A stretch of 64,000 nucleotides of DNA from Vicugna vicugna (lineage: Eukaryota), in NCBI GenBank assembly GCA_013265495.1, contig MU058748.1:248001-312000 (forward strand), read 5' to 3'. The translations under genes and the position numbers were made by a program. The notes beneath the pieces are model-generated. The model made no database searches. It saw only the letters and a program-made list of their open reading frames with translations, and was not told the origin of the DNA. Positions 63,676 to 64,000 of this stretch are shown here, one piece after another. Position 1 is the first letter of the stretch. Each line of letters opens with the position of its first letter.

Positions 63676-64000
63676 TTTATTATTTGTATAAATAATTTTT
63701 AATTGTTCTTGCTTTTTTGTGGACTCGGGTATACTTCTTACTCTGCTATTATTTTATGCCAAAAATAGTGATAATGAATTTAAGAAATGTAGTTCCTGGA
63801 TGTTGGACTATAGCTCTGTGTAAACTACAGCATAGGAGCCCATACTGATTCTTTTTAAATATTTCCACTCCACATTTATTAGAACAATCAAAATCTATGA
63901 TAACAAAATCACAATAAAAGTGTCATGAGGAACTCATATCTTGCCTTTTTTAAAAAAACAGAGGCCCCCAGTAGGCTACACCTATTACACAGTGTATATA

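Overview
AT-rich, CpG-poor placental mammal DNA, most likely camelid: the youngest LINE-1 3' ends resemble L1-1_Vpa, and I saw no Alu, Bov-A/BovB, PRE-1 or CanSINE. I found no protein-coding exon, RNA gene, CpG island or prokaryotic-type system that I can support. The only ORFs I recognise are broken LINE-1 ORF2 pieces. Roughly half the window is transposon relics: L1 of several ages, L2, MIR, MaLR/ERVL/ERV1 solo LTRs and hAT/Tigger MITEs. L1s and LTRs lie mostly on the minus strand, which suggests a long intron of a plus-strand gene. The most notable structures are a perfect 3x100-bp triplication in an ancient L1, a twin-primed 5'-inverted L1 with a second L1 inserted at its tail, a 32-bp templated insertion within a doubly deleted L1, and two related ERV1 solo LTRs 700 bp apart. 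Repeat family names come from recalled consensus sequences, not a search, so subfamily labels and most boundaries are approximate. I did not find a convincing novel biological system.
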